A stretch of DNA of 64,000 nt from an uncultured Chloroflexia bacterium (lineage in GTDB: Bacteria > Chloroflexota > Limnocylindria > Limnocylindrales > CSP1-4), in contig CAWHDR010000001.1 of the NCBI GenBank assembly GCA_963828165.1, forward strand, positions 544,001 to 608,000, given 5' to 3'. This document shows positions 42,932-50,906 of this stretch, one piece after another (within the stretch, counting starts at the first letter, position 1; each line of letters starts with the position of its first letter). Under the pieces are notes generated by a model, which saw only the letters and a program-made list of their open reading frames with translations, searched no databases and had not been told where the DNA came from. Made by a program: the position numbers and the translations under genes.

Positions 42932-43437
42932 ATGCCCGACTATCCGCCGTCCAACTTCCAGCAACTCCGGCCATCTCGGACCGGGCTGACCCCTGGCGAC
43001 ATCTTCACCATGCGCATCGCCGATGGTCGCTACCTGTTCGGTCGCGTCGTCCGGACGGACGCCCATTGCTTCGGGCCTGGATGCATCCTCGTGTACGTCT
43101 TCCGCTACATGTCGCACGAACCCGTCCTACCCCCCAGGCTGCTTGTCAGCGATCTCCTCATACCGCCAGCAACCGTGAACCGGCTCGGGTGGCCGCGCGG
43201 CTCTTTCATGACCGTCGGGCGGCGCCCGTTCGAGGACCGGGAGCGATTCCCGGTCCACTACTTCGACGACGCACCTCGCCGCAGACGCTGGGGAAGCGGC
43301 ATTTTGTCAACGAGGACGGCGAGCCAGTCGGCCGACCACCGCGCGGGGCTCCCGTGGGAACGGCTGGGCTCGGGAACTACCGGACGATTGAGGACGACGT
43401 GTCTCGCGCCCTGGGGATACCGCTGTCGCCACACTGA
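42932..43437 (+). CDS. Imm26-like immunity protein (unit 4), frameshift at about 43290
   Basis: LTPGDIFTMRIADGRYLFGRVV, LLIPPATVNRLGW, then GLGNYRTIEDDVSRALGIP in the next frame. Confidence 0.7.
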
Positions 43438-43499
43438 CTCGGTCGACACGCGGGCGGTTCGCCGCAAGGCCTCCGCGCGGAGACACTCACAAGGCTCAA

Positions 43500-43525
43500 G
43501 TGATATTCGCGGACACTGAGTGACG
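43500..43525 (+). repeat. Array site E
   Basis: GTGATATTCGCGGACACTGAGTGACG. Confidence 0.85.
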
Positions 43526-43615
43526 CTGGCGTCGCCGGCCGGGGCGCGAGGGGACCGTGATCACGTGCGCCGGAGGCCCTAGGCGGGTCCCCTTCCCGGA
43601 TGTGAAGATGGACCC

Positions 43616-44101
43616 GTGGTATCGCTGTTCAGGCGCAATCGGCGCCAGCCGCCGGTCCTGCCCGAGGACTCCGGCACGCCGGACCGGGAGGGTCATACCC
43701 CTGCCGATCTGGTCGTGTCGTACCTCGACGCGCTGTATGCATGGGAACTGCGGGCGTTCAAGGCCGCCGGTGCCGATGGGGCGCTTCCGCCGCAGGTCCT
43801 GACCGATCTCGGAGCTATCCGGGAGGCCCACCTGACGTCGCGCGCCCTGGCGACCAACACCACCGTGTCCTTCGGCAACGCACCGGCGTCCGACACCAAC
43901 GTGATGACGGTCCTCGACGTAACGCAACGCGACCCAAGGCATGCCCTGGTCAGGACGACCGAGTATCCGTCCGACTCCCGACGGTCCCGGCTGGACCCGC
44001 AGGGATCCGAGTACCGACTCGCCCTGGTCGATGGACGCTGGCGGCTGAACTCGCGGACCACCAAGGATTGGGACGCCCACAAGATCCGAAGTCTGCTTTG
44101 A
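43616..44101 (+). CDS. NTF2-fold immunity-like protein (unit 5)
   Basis: YLDALYAWE...SFGNAP...ALVRT...EYRLALVDGRWRLNS pattern resembles Imm-NTF2. Confidence 0.55.
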   Translation: MVSLFRRNRRQPPVLPEDSGTPDREGHTPADLVVSYLDALYAWELRAFKAAGADGALPPQVLTDLGAIREAHLTSRALATNTTVSFGNAPASDTNVMTVLDVTQRDPRHALVRTTEYPSDSRRSRLDPQGSEYRLALVDGRWRLNSRTTKDWDAHKIRSLL

Positions 44102-44153
44102 GCGGTGAAGCGTCGTCCGGCGGCGCGACTGACGCCGGACGCGGCGATCTCTG

Positions 44154-44179
44154 GTGACATTGCGGAACACCGAGTGACG
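44154..44179 (+). repeat. Array site F
   Basis: GTGACATTGCGGAACACCGAGTGACG. Confidence 0.85.
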
Positions 44180-44202
44180 GTGCCCTCCATTACCTTGTGC
44201 CA

Positions 44203-44631
44203 ATGGCGCCTATGGACTTCGAGTTGATACCCGATCGGACCGATACGGTGATACCGGCCCTGATCGCAGCGTGCCCGTCGTTCCAGAAGCACGAGGCATA
44301 CCCCGACTTCTTGGAAGACCGTAGCCTTCCGTACCGTGACGTATGGGCGTTCGCGCTCCACTTGGTCGACAAGCTCCAGCAGGGTGAAACCTCCGAGTTC
44401 CCCGCGCTATTCCGTGCCGTCGAGGCGTTGCTTTCAGCTGACGAGCCTGGTGTCCGTGACCTCGTCGTGGTCGGGCTCATCGAGGACCTCCAGAATGCCG
44501 CCGACCAGCGAGGAGGTGATTTGTCTGGTCGCTTTCGTCCGTGGCTCGGTCCGTTGACCGCCATGGCCTGGGATAAGGTTCATCAGTTCTGGGGAACGCG
44601 GGATCAGCCGAGTGACATTGGCACACGCTAA
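44203..44631 (+). CDS. Helical hypothetical protein, immunity-like (unit 6); stop inside site G
   Basis: LIAACPSF...FRAVEALL...DLVVVGLIEDLQN...WLGP. Confidence 0.7.
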   Translation: MAPMDFELIPDRTDTVIPALIAACPSFQKHEAYPDFLEDRSLPYRDVWAFALHLVDKLQQGETSEFPALFRAVEALLSADEPGVRDLVVVGLIEDLQNAADQRGGDLSGRFRPWLGPLTAMAWDKVHQFWGTRDQPSDIGTR

Positions 44632-44637
44632 GTGACG
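44612..44637 (+). repeat. Array site G
   Basis: GTGACATTGGCACACGCTAAGTGACG. Confidence 0.85.
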
Positions 44638-44661
44638 CACTCCGCTAGTACCCTGCCTGGT

Positions 44662-45099
44662 ATGACCGACGAGTTGAGCCCGTTGGAACGCGACGTCCTG
44701 GCGACGATCCTCGCACCTGAGCACCCCGTCATGAACGCGTTGCGTCGTCAGTTGGAGCGGTGCCGCGTGGCGTCTCGCGAGACGACTGGCGTCGGCTTCT
44801 TCACCACCCTCGCGATCGCGCCGGATATCGAGCCCGCCCCGGTGCGGCCCGGAAGGATGAGCCTCGGGGACGTCAAGGGCGACGTCGACGGCCTAGAGCA
44901 CGGGGTTGGCTTCGTCCTCTTCGTTGAGAACGGAGTTCTCGACGTGCTCGAAGGTTTCTCTTACGTGGAGCCTTGGACGGCCATAGACGCCCGATACGAA
45001 CTCAAGGCCGGAGGCGTGATGCACAGCGGCGGCAGCATGACCGACATCGAGCAGGTCCACGACGCTTGGGATCGCTCGGGTGACATTCCCGGACACTAA
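44662..45099 (+). CDS. Hypothetical protein (unit 7); stop inside site H
   Basis: LSPLERDVL...RETTGVGFFT...GFVLFVENGVLDVLEGFSY. Confidence 0.75.
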   Translation: MTDELSPLERDVLATILAPEHPVMNALRRQLERCRVASRETTGVGFFTTLAIAPDIEPAPVRPGRMSLGDVKGDVDGLEHGVGFVLFVENGVLDVLEGFSYVEPWTAIDARYELKAGGVMHSGGSMTDIEQVHDAWDRSGDIPGH

Positions 45100-45105
45100 G
45101 CGACG
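45080..45105 (+). repeat. Array site H
   Basis: GTGACATTCCCGGACACTAAGCGACG. Confidence 0.85.
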
Positions 45106-45158
45106 AAACCGTCACATCATGTCCTTGAGGCACGTCCCGAGACCGCACACTCCTACGA

Positions 45159-45797
45159 GTGAGACCAGCTGTGCGACCCCCCAAGCAGATCGGGCTCCTG
45201 ATCGTCGCGGCGGCACTGTGCGTGTCCTGCGCTGACGTCGTCCCGTCGCCATCCAGTCGCGCCAACGTGTCGCCAGCTCTGACGTCGGACGGCCCGCCTT
45301 CGACAACCGAGCCGAGCACGAGGGCGACCGCACCGGCAGCCTCGCCCCCATCGGCGACGCCCTCACCGTCAGCATCCACTGTGCCGCCCTACCGCATCAT
45401 CGCCGGCGACGAGGTGATCGTGCCGGCACCGGGAACGATCATCTTCGGGTCCCTACCGCTCGGGCCCCGCTCCGACGGTTTTCTGGAGCCGTACCTGACC
45501 TGGCCGGAGGGAGGTCTTACGATCGACGCCGAGGTCGCCTTCGTGGCTTTCTGGGGTCAACCGCTGGGGGCCTCGCAGATCAGGATCACCCTGTATCGCG
45601 TCGCCGGCGAAACCCTTCGCCTCGCCTGGTCAGACCAGAAGCGCGTCGGCCCGGACGCCACGGGGTTCATGGACGAACTGGTGCCGTTCAAGGCACCCGG
45701 GACGTACCGCCTTGAGGTCACGCGCGGTGCGACTCTTCTGGCATGGGGACTTGCCCACATGGGTCCCCGATGCGAGACGAATTGCTCTGGCGGGTGA
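45159..45797 (+). CDS. Putative lipoprotein (unit 8)
   Basis: Hydrophobic leader ending CVSC, a Ser/Pro/Thr linker and a beta-rich domain (PGTYRLEV). Confidence 0.65.
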   Translation: MRPAVRPPKQIGLLIVAAALCVSCADVVPSPSSRANVSPALTSDGPPSTTEPSTRATAPAASPPSATPSPSASTVPPYRIIAGDEVIVPAPGTIIFGSLPLGPRSDGFLEPYLTWPEGGLTIDAEVAFVAFWGQPLGASQIRITLYRVAGETLRLAWSDQKRVGPDATGFMDELVPFKAPGTYRLEVTRGATLLAWGLAHMGPRCETNCSGG

Positions 45798-45817
45798 TGC
45801 GGCTGCTAGTCGCTCAA

Positions 45818-45843
45818 GGGTCATTGGCGGACGCTTTGGGACG
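45818..45843 (+). repeat. Array site I
   Basis: GGGTCATTGGCGGACGCTTTGGGACG. Confidence 0.8.
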
Positions 45844-45902
45844 TCACCGGTCGCTACTCAGAGGCCCACTGCGCCACGCTATCCCCCGAGTATCCTCACG
45901 AC

Positions 45903-46223
45903 GTGCGCGTAACGACTGACCTTGGCGACTTGGGCGACCTATCGATTCGGCTTCGCGTAGCTCTCGCCTCCGTGGTCCTGGCCGGCATCTTCATCGGTCT
46001 TGGGGTTGCCACTGGTTGGCTGTCCTTGCCGGCGGCTTTGCTGCTGATCTGGAACGGTGGCGTCGCTCTCCAATGGCTGTTCACCCGTCGAAGGCCGTGG
46101 TGGGACGATGAGCCGGGAGAGGACATCATCGACCGGGACTTCCCCACTCGCCTTGTCTTGGCACTTGTCCTCGACGCGGCCTTTATGGTCGCCCTGGTCG
46201 CGACACGCACCGTTTCGCTCTAG
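45903..46223 (+). CDS. Small 3-TM membrane protein (unit 9)
   Basis: Three hydrophobic segments; TATCCT lies 6 nt before the GTG. Confidence 0.6.
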   Translation: MRVTTDLGDLGDLSIRLRVALASVVLAGIFIGLGVATGWLSLPAALLLIWNGGVALQWLFTRRRPWWDDEPGEDIIDRDFPTRLVLALVLDAAFMVALVATRTVSL

Positions 46224-46293
46224 CTCGAGGATTAGCCGCGGCATCCCAACGCGAGCCGGGCGGGGCCCGCTGCATGACCGGGGCAAGGACCAG

Positions 46294-46320
46294 GTGTCAT
46301 TGAACGCACGCTTAGTGACG
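46294..46320 (+). repeat. Array site J (27 bp)
   Basis: GTGTCATTGAACGCACGCTTAGTGACG. Confidence 0.85.
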
Positions 46321-46406
46321 GTGGCGCCGCCGCGCTGGTCGCCGCGATAGTCACAGCCCCCACGGCACATCCGTCTCAGAGCGCACCGGCTACGAAGGTC
46401 CGACAC

Positions 46407-47084
46407 ATGACATCCATCGTGATGCGACTCGCTGCCGTCGCGACGACGATCGTGGCGACCGCGGCGGTGATCACCATCCCTGTCCATGCAGAAACGTGCG
46501 TCCACGCGATGCCGGCGGCCGCGCGAGACGTCCGCGGATACACATTCGAGGGCACGATCCTTTCGATTCGCCTGGGACCCATCCAGGAAGCGGGGATGCC
46601 ACGCACGTCCGACGTCAAGATCGCCATCTCAAGAGTCCATGCGAACCCGACCGATAGGCCGCTCGAGGCGCCCTTGAGTGGCGGGCAGACCATCGAAGTC
46701 CACTCGAACGCCTGTGACGGGTTCGCGAGCGTCGGCGTCGAGACCGGGTCCCACGTCCTCATCAGCACCCAGAGCCGATATAGCGCATCGACGTGGAACA
46801 CCGCGGTGTGGCTCGCGGAAGGCGCGAAGCTTCGTCTCCTCGTCCTGACCGACTCCCACTCAGCGCAGGTCTGGCATACGGACGACCGGCGTCTCCGCGA
46901 TGCCGGAACGGTCAGCCAGGCCCTCGCCCTGGTCGCGCCAGCCGCCGTCGGCATGCCAGAGACCGCGACGGCACCTGGTCCGCTCGCCAACGTTGGCGTA
47001 CCTTTGCCGATCGTGTTTGGTGTCGTCGCATTCGTCTTGGCGCTGCTAGGAACAGCCCCCCGATGGGTGCGCACACCCGAGTGA
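46407..47084 (+). CDS. Secreted protein with LPxTG-like C-terminal sorting signal (unit 10)
   Basis: Signal peptide ending VHA; C-terminal MPETA, TM helix and PRWVR tail. The stop falls in a right half-site (CCGAGTGACG). Confidence 0.7.
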   Translation: MTSIVMRLAAVATTIVATAAVITIPVHAETCVHAMPAAARDVRGYTFEGTILSIRLGPIQEAGMPRTSDVKIAISRVHANPTDRPLEAPLSGGQTIEVHSNACDGFASVGVETGSHVLISTQSRYSASTWNTAVWLAEGAKLRLLVLTDSHSAQVWHTDDRRLRDAGTVSQALALVAPAAVGMPETATAPGPLANVGVPLPIVFGVVAFVLALLGTAPRWVRTPE

Positions 47085-47157
47085 CGATTGCGGGCGAGGG
47101 CGGATGAGAACCGATGCTGCGGCCAGGCTCATGCATGCGCCAACCGTCCATCGTCTG

Positions 47158-47183
47158 GTGTCATTGACGAACGCATTGCCACC
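47158..47183 (+). repeat. Array site K
   Basis: GTGTCATTGACGAACGCATTGCCACC. Confidence 0.75.
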
Positions 47184-47243
47184 ATCGAGAACCCACCGTG
47201 ATGGTGCGGGCCGGCGCCGCCGAGGCGTGCGACCCTGATCCAC

Positions 47244-47630
47244 GTGGTTGACTTCAACACCCCTGCCGAGACGCGCATCGATCGCTGGCTCTGTGCGGTG
47301 CGCCTGGTGAAGACCCGCCCGATTGCGACGCAGCTGTGTGAGGGCGGTCACGTCCGCGTAAATGGGGTGCCGGCGAAGCCGTCGACGAAGGTTCACGCCG
47401 GCGACCGGGTCGAGGCGCGGATCGCAGATCGTGACCGCGTCGTGGAGGTCGTGCACCCGATCGAGACGCGTGTCGGAGCACCCGTCGCTGTGACTTGCTA
47501 CGTGGACCACACCCCGCCGCCCATCGTCACCGAGGTTCGACCGGGGATCATGGCTGTGAGGGGCGAGGGCCGGCCGAGCAAGCGGCTCAGGCGCGAGCTC
47601 GAGCGCCTGCGCCGGGCTCCCAACACCTGA
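47244..47630 (+). CDS. S4-domain RNA-binding protein (Hsp15-like)
   Basis: TRIDRWLCAVRLVKTR, GHVRVNG and GRPSKRLRREL motifs. Confidence 0.9.
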   Translation: MVDFNTPAETRIDRWLCAVRLVKTRPIATQLCEGGHVRVNGVPAKPSTKVHAGDRVEARIADRDRVVEVVHPIETRVGAPVAVTCYVDHTPPPIVTEVRPGIMAVRGEGRPSKRLRRELERLRRAPNT

Positions 47631-47658
47631 GGCCCGCGCTCCGTGCCATCATCCCCGC

Positions 47659-49389
47659 GTGATGCGCCGTAACGCCAGCGCTGCTCTGCTGTCCATCGGC
47701 ACGGCGATCGCCCTGCTGTTGCCGATCGCGGCCTCGGCCGCTGGGCCTCCCTACCCCGACCCGGTGGAGGGCCAGGCGGTCTACGACAACGCCGGGATCC
47801 TGTCCGACGCGACCATCGCGAGCGCCGAGGCGACGATCGATGCCATCGAGGCGCGGACTGCGGCGGAGATCGTCGTCTACACCGAGCTCACCGACTTCGG
47901 CGTGACCACCGAGGAGACCGAGGCGCGCGCCCGCGCGCTGATCGACCAGTGGGGCGTCGGACGGCGCGGCTTCGACGACGGGCTGGCGATCTTCTTCGAC
48001 ATCGACCCATCGCTCGAGCATGGCCAGGTGCAGCTCTACGCCGCGCCCGGTTTCGAGGCGACGTTCCTGACCAACGCCGAACGCCAGGCGATCTTCGACG
48101 ACGACATGCTGCCGTACCTGGAGGAGGCCGATTTCGACGGGGCGCTCGCCGTCGCGCTCGAGAAGGTCGACGCCGCCGCCACGCCCGAGAACGCCGCTCG
48201 TCTCGAAACGGGCCGGCAGATCAATGCGGTGCTGGGACTGATCGGCGCCCCGGTCGCGTTCATGGGCCTGGCCGGTTGGGCCTACATGCAGTGGCGGCGG
48301 TTTGGGAAAGACCCGGTCTACCTGGACGATCCCTCGATCCTCATGCCGGCACCGCCGCCCGACCTGACCGCGGCGTCGGGGGCGTTCGTCATGGACGGCA
48401 GGGCCTCGCGCCGTGCGCTGACGACCGCGATGCTCGATCTCGCGTCGCGCGGGCTGATGTCGTTCCGGGAGGATCGTGGACTGCTCGGGCTGTCCAACAA
48501 GGTCGGCATCGAGGTGGGGCCGCCCGAGCTTGACCCGGTCGAAGAGGCGCGGCGAGCGCTCAACGCGCGGCGACCGATCGGGCCCGCGGAGGAATACGCA
48601 CTGAAGGAGCTTCGTCAGCTCGCCCCGGGCAAGGACGCGGGCTTCATCGACGCCGACGAGCTGCCGAAGTTCGGCACGTCGGTCTCGACCTTCGACTCCA
48701 AGCTCGAATCGCACGTCGTGAAGAAGGGCTGGATGGTCGAGAAACCGAGCAAGGTCGTCAGTCGCTGGACCGGCAAGGGCGTGCTGGTGATCATCGCCGG
48801 TGGCATCGCCGTCTTTGCCGGGATCAACGTCCCGATCGCCGGGCTCGTCATGATCGGCGCCGCGACGATCGCGGGCGGTCTCGTGATCCTGGGGTTCGCC
48901 CGTGGCATGCCGGCGGTGACGATGCCAGGAGCGATGATCCGGGCGATGCTCGCCGCCTACCGGCGCACGCTCCAGAAGACCATGGAGCAGGCGCGATCCA
49001 TGGAGCAGGTCGTCAAGGAGGCGGGTCTGGAGTGGCTCGAGACGCCGGACCAGGCCGTGGTCTGGGGGACCGCCCTCGGACTCCAGGGTGAGATCGAACA
49101 AGTCCTCGCAAGGAGCCTCGAGGACGTGCGCCAGCAACCGTCGATGGCGTCGGCGACCTACTTCCCGGCGTGGTATCGGACGTCGGACGGTTCGTCGTTC
49201 GCGAGTGGGATCGCGGCTGGGAGCGGCGGCAGCATCTTCTCCGGCTCCGCCGTTCCGGACCTTGGCGGCATGATGTCGGCGTTGGGCACGATCGGGAACT
49301 CGCCGGCATCCTCGGGGAGCAGCGGCGGAGGCGGCTTCAGCGGGGGAGGCTCGGGCGGCGGCGGAGGCGGCTCGGGCGGCGGGTTCTAG
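47659..49389 (+). CDS. TPM-domain / DUF2207-like membrane protein with Gly/Ser tail
   Basis: VYDNAGILS, WGVGRRGFDDG and AMLDLASRG motifs; GGGFSGGGSGGGGGG tail. Confidence 0.85.
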   Translation: MMRRNASAALLSIGTAIALLLPIAASAAGPPYPDPVEGQAVYDNAGILSDATIASAEATIDAIEARTAAEIVVYTELTDFGVTTEETEARARALIDQWGVGRRGFDDGLAIFFDIDPSLEHGQVQLYAAPGFEATFLTNAERQAIFDDDMLPYLEEADFDGALAVALEKVDAAATPENAARLETGRQINAVLGLIGAPVAFMGLAGWAYMQWRRFGKDPVYLDDPSILMPAPPPDLTAASGAFVMDGRASRRALTTAMLDLASRGLMSFREDRGLLGLSNKVGIEVGPPELDPVEEARRALNARRPIGPAEEYALKELRQLAPGKDAGFIDADELPKFGTSVSTFDSKLESHVVKKGWMVEKPSKVVSRWTGKGVLVIIAGGIAVFAGINVPIAGLVMIGAATIAGGLVILGFARGMPAVTMPGAMIRAMLAAYRRTLQKTMEQARSMEQVVKEAGLEWLETPDQAVVWGTALGLQGEIEQVLARSLEDVRQQPSMASATYFPAWYRTSDGSSFASGIAAGSGGSIFSGSAVPDLGGMMSALGTIGNSPASSGSSGGGGFSGGGSGGGGGGSGGGF

Positions 49390-49424
49390 CCCGACGGACA
49401 GCGGCCCGGAGTGCCACGTCGGGA

Positions 49425-49583
49425 TTCACTCTCTGTGAACGTTGACACGCGCAACGCTCGGAACACCCCGGTTGGACCTGATCCGTTCACTGCTACTGAA
49501 CGATGAGCCCCAAGAGAGTCGCCCGTTGACCGTTCGCACTTGGGAGAAGCCGGTTCGGCACGCGTTCATTCACTGATAGCGAA
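49425..49583. repeat. Three TTCAC-N5-(G/C)YGAA imperfect palindromes in a convergent intergenic region
   Basis: TTCACTCTCTGTGAA 49425-49439, TTCACTGCTACTGAA 49486-49500, TTCACTGATAGCGAA 49569-49583. Confidence 0.55.
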
Positions 49584-49613
49584 GGGCGGTGCCATCGCCC
49601 GGCCCGCGCGAAG

Positions 49614-50177
49614 TCACGAGTCGTCGAGGATCCTCGCCCGCTGGCGTGCCCGTTCGTCGTCCGTGATGAGCCCCGCGCGGTGTGCCTCGTCCAGCTCGCG
49701 CAGGCGGCCCGTCAGGCTTCGCGTCCCAGAAGCCCGGCCTGGGCGGACCACGAAGAGCACGACGAAGACGAGGGCCACGAGCAGCAAGCCAACCGGCAGG
49801 ACCGCCGTGAGGACGAGCCCGATCCAGCTGGTATCCGGTGCGGGCTGCGCCCTGAACGATGGCAACGCCGTGCCGCCAGAGGCCGCCGCCGACTCCAGAT
49901 CGCCGTAGACCTCCGTGAGGATCGTCGGGACGATCACTTGGTAGACGCCTTGTGACCCGGTTACCTCAAGGGTCGTGCCGGTCTGGACGACCTGCGATAC
50001 CTGCCCAGCCTCAACGTCGCCCAGGAACTGACTGTACGGGGCGGTCGAGGGGCTCGATGAGGAGGTGATCCACGTGAACATGAGCGCGGCTACGACCAGC
50101 ACCAACGCGACCACTCCGATCACGATGAGGACGGGCGGCGGTACGGGTTGTCTCATCCGCTGCGCAACAGCCATCAT
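49614..50177 (-). CDS. Membrane protein with FtsH-extracellular-like domain and C-terminal SHOCT
   Basis: PYSQFLGDVEAGQVSQV between two TM helices; LRELDEAHRAGLITDDE. Confidence 0.7.
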   Translation of the reverse strand: MMAVAQRMRQPVPPPVLIVIGVVALVLVVAALMFTWITSSSSPSTAPYSQFLGDVEAGQVSQVVQTGTTLEVTGSQGVYQVIVPTILTEVYGDLESAAASGGTALPSFRAQPAPDTSWIGLVLTAVLPVGLLLVALVFVVLFVVRPGRASGTRSLTGRLRELDEAHRAGLITDDERARQRARILDDS

Positions 50178-50212
50178 GCCCTCCAGCTCACGGGATCGTT
50201 CTCCGCCTCATC

Positions 50213-50881
50213 CTACGCCCCGAACATCTCGCGACAGGCATCGAGGCCCTCGATCTCGACCGGTGGTCGCGGCCTGGAACGCCAGCCCTCCTCGGTCATC
50301 CGGAAGCGCTGGGTCTCGCGCGAGACTCCTTGTGGGGCGAGAGCCCCGCGGCCGTTGTCCTCGTACCCGACCGATCGCGAGACCCCATTGGATGCCGCGT
50401 TGTCCAGGAACGCCTCCGACGTCGCGACGCGGGCCCCGAGACCGTCGAACGCGAACGCGAGCACGGCCTCGCGCATCTCCTTGCCCAGGCCCCATCCCTG
50501 CCAGTCGCGCGTGATCCAGGACCCGGTGTCGACCGTGCGGTGCACGGCGAAGTCGTTCGCATGCACGGATTGCGCCCCGATCGGCTTCCCGTCCAGCTCG
50601 GCCATCAGGTTCAGGTTCCAGTCCCTTGCGCTCCAGGTCGCGCGCATCAGCCAGTGATGCTGCAGGGACCCGCGCTCGAATTCGGGGCTCGGCAGCACCG
50701 ACCAGGCCAGCCCGAATGGCATCTCGTCGGGCGGATGGATGCCCTCGCGGGAAATTTCGATGAGACCCAGGATGTCGTCGTCGGTGGGCAGCCGGAGCAC
50801 GAGGCGCTCGCTTCGGATGCGCAGTCCGAAGAGCGGCCAGGCCGAGGCGAGCGTGCTCGCGGGGCGGGCATCGGCGTCCAT
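50213..50881 (-). CDS. GNAT (RimJ/RimL-type) acetyltransferase
   Basis: WPLFGLRIRSERLVLR, TGSWI...QGWGLGKEMR and DNAASNGVS motifs. Confidence 0.9.
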   Translation of the reverse strand: MDADARPASTLASAWPLFGLRIRSERLVLRLPTDDDILGLIEISREGIHPPDEMPFGLAWSVLPSPEFERGSLQHHWLMRATWSARDWNLNLMAELDGKPIGAQSVHANDFAVHRTVDTGSWITRDWQGWGLGKEMREAVLAFAFDGLGARVATSEAFLDNAASNGVSRSVGYEDNGRGALAPQGVSRETQRFRMTEEGWRSRPRPPVEIEGLDACREMFGA

Positions 50882-50906
50882 GGGCGGCCGACGGTACACT
50901 CAGTCC

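Larger units (their letters stand above)
41061..47183 (+). mobile_element. Putative gene-cassette array: about 11 single-ORF units delimited by a conserved ~26-bp site
   Basis: Eleven same-orientation sites, one ORF per interval (313-864 bp), all ORFs on +, unrelated cargo, no integrase in the window. Confidence 0.75.

Noticed and set aside
41583-47183. Repeat array as a CRISPR
   Set aside because: Spacers are 290-840 bp, variable and gene-containing, the repeats are degenerate, and there are no cas genes.
41583-47183. Repeat array as a classical integron/attC or canonical dif/pdif array
   Set aside because: No RYYYAAC/GTTRRRY boxes, too short for attC, and no intI. Similarity to the XerD arm is limited to ATGTCA on the minus strand, and all sites have the same orientation.
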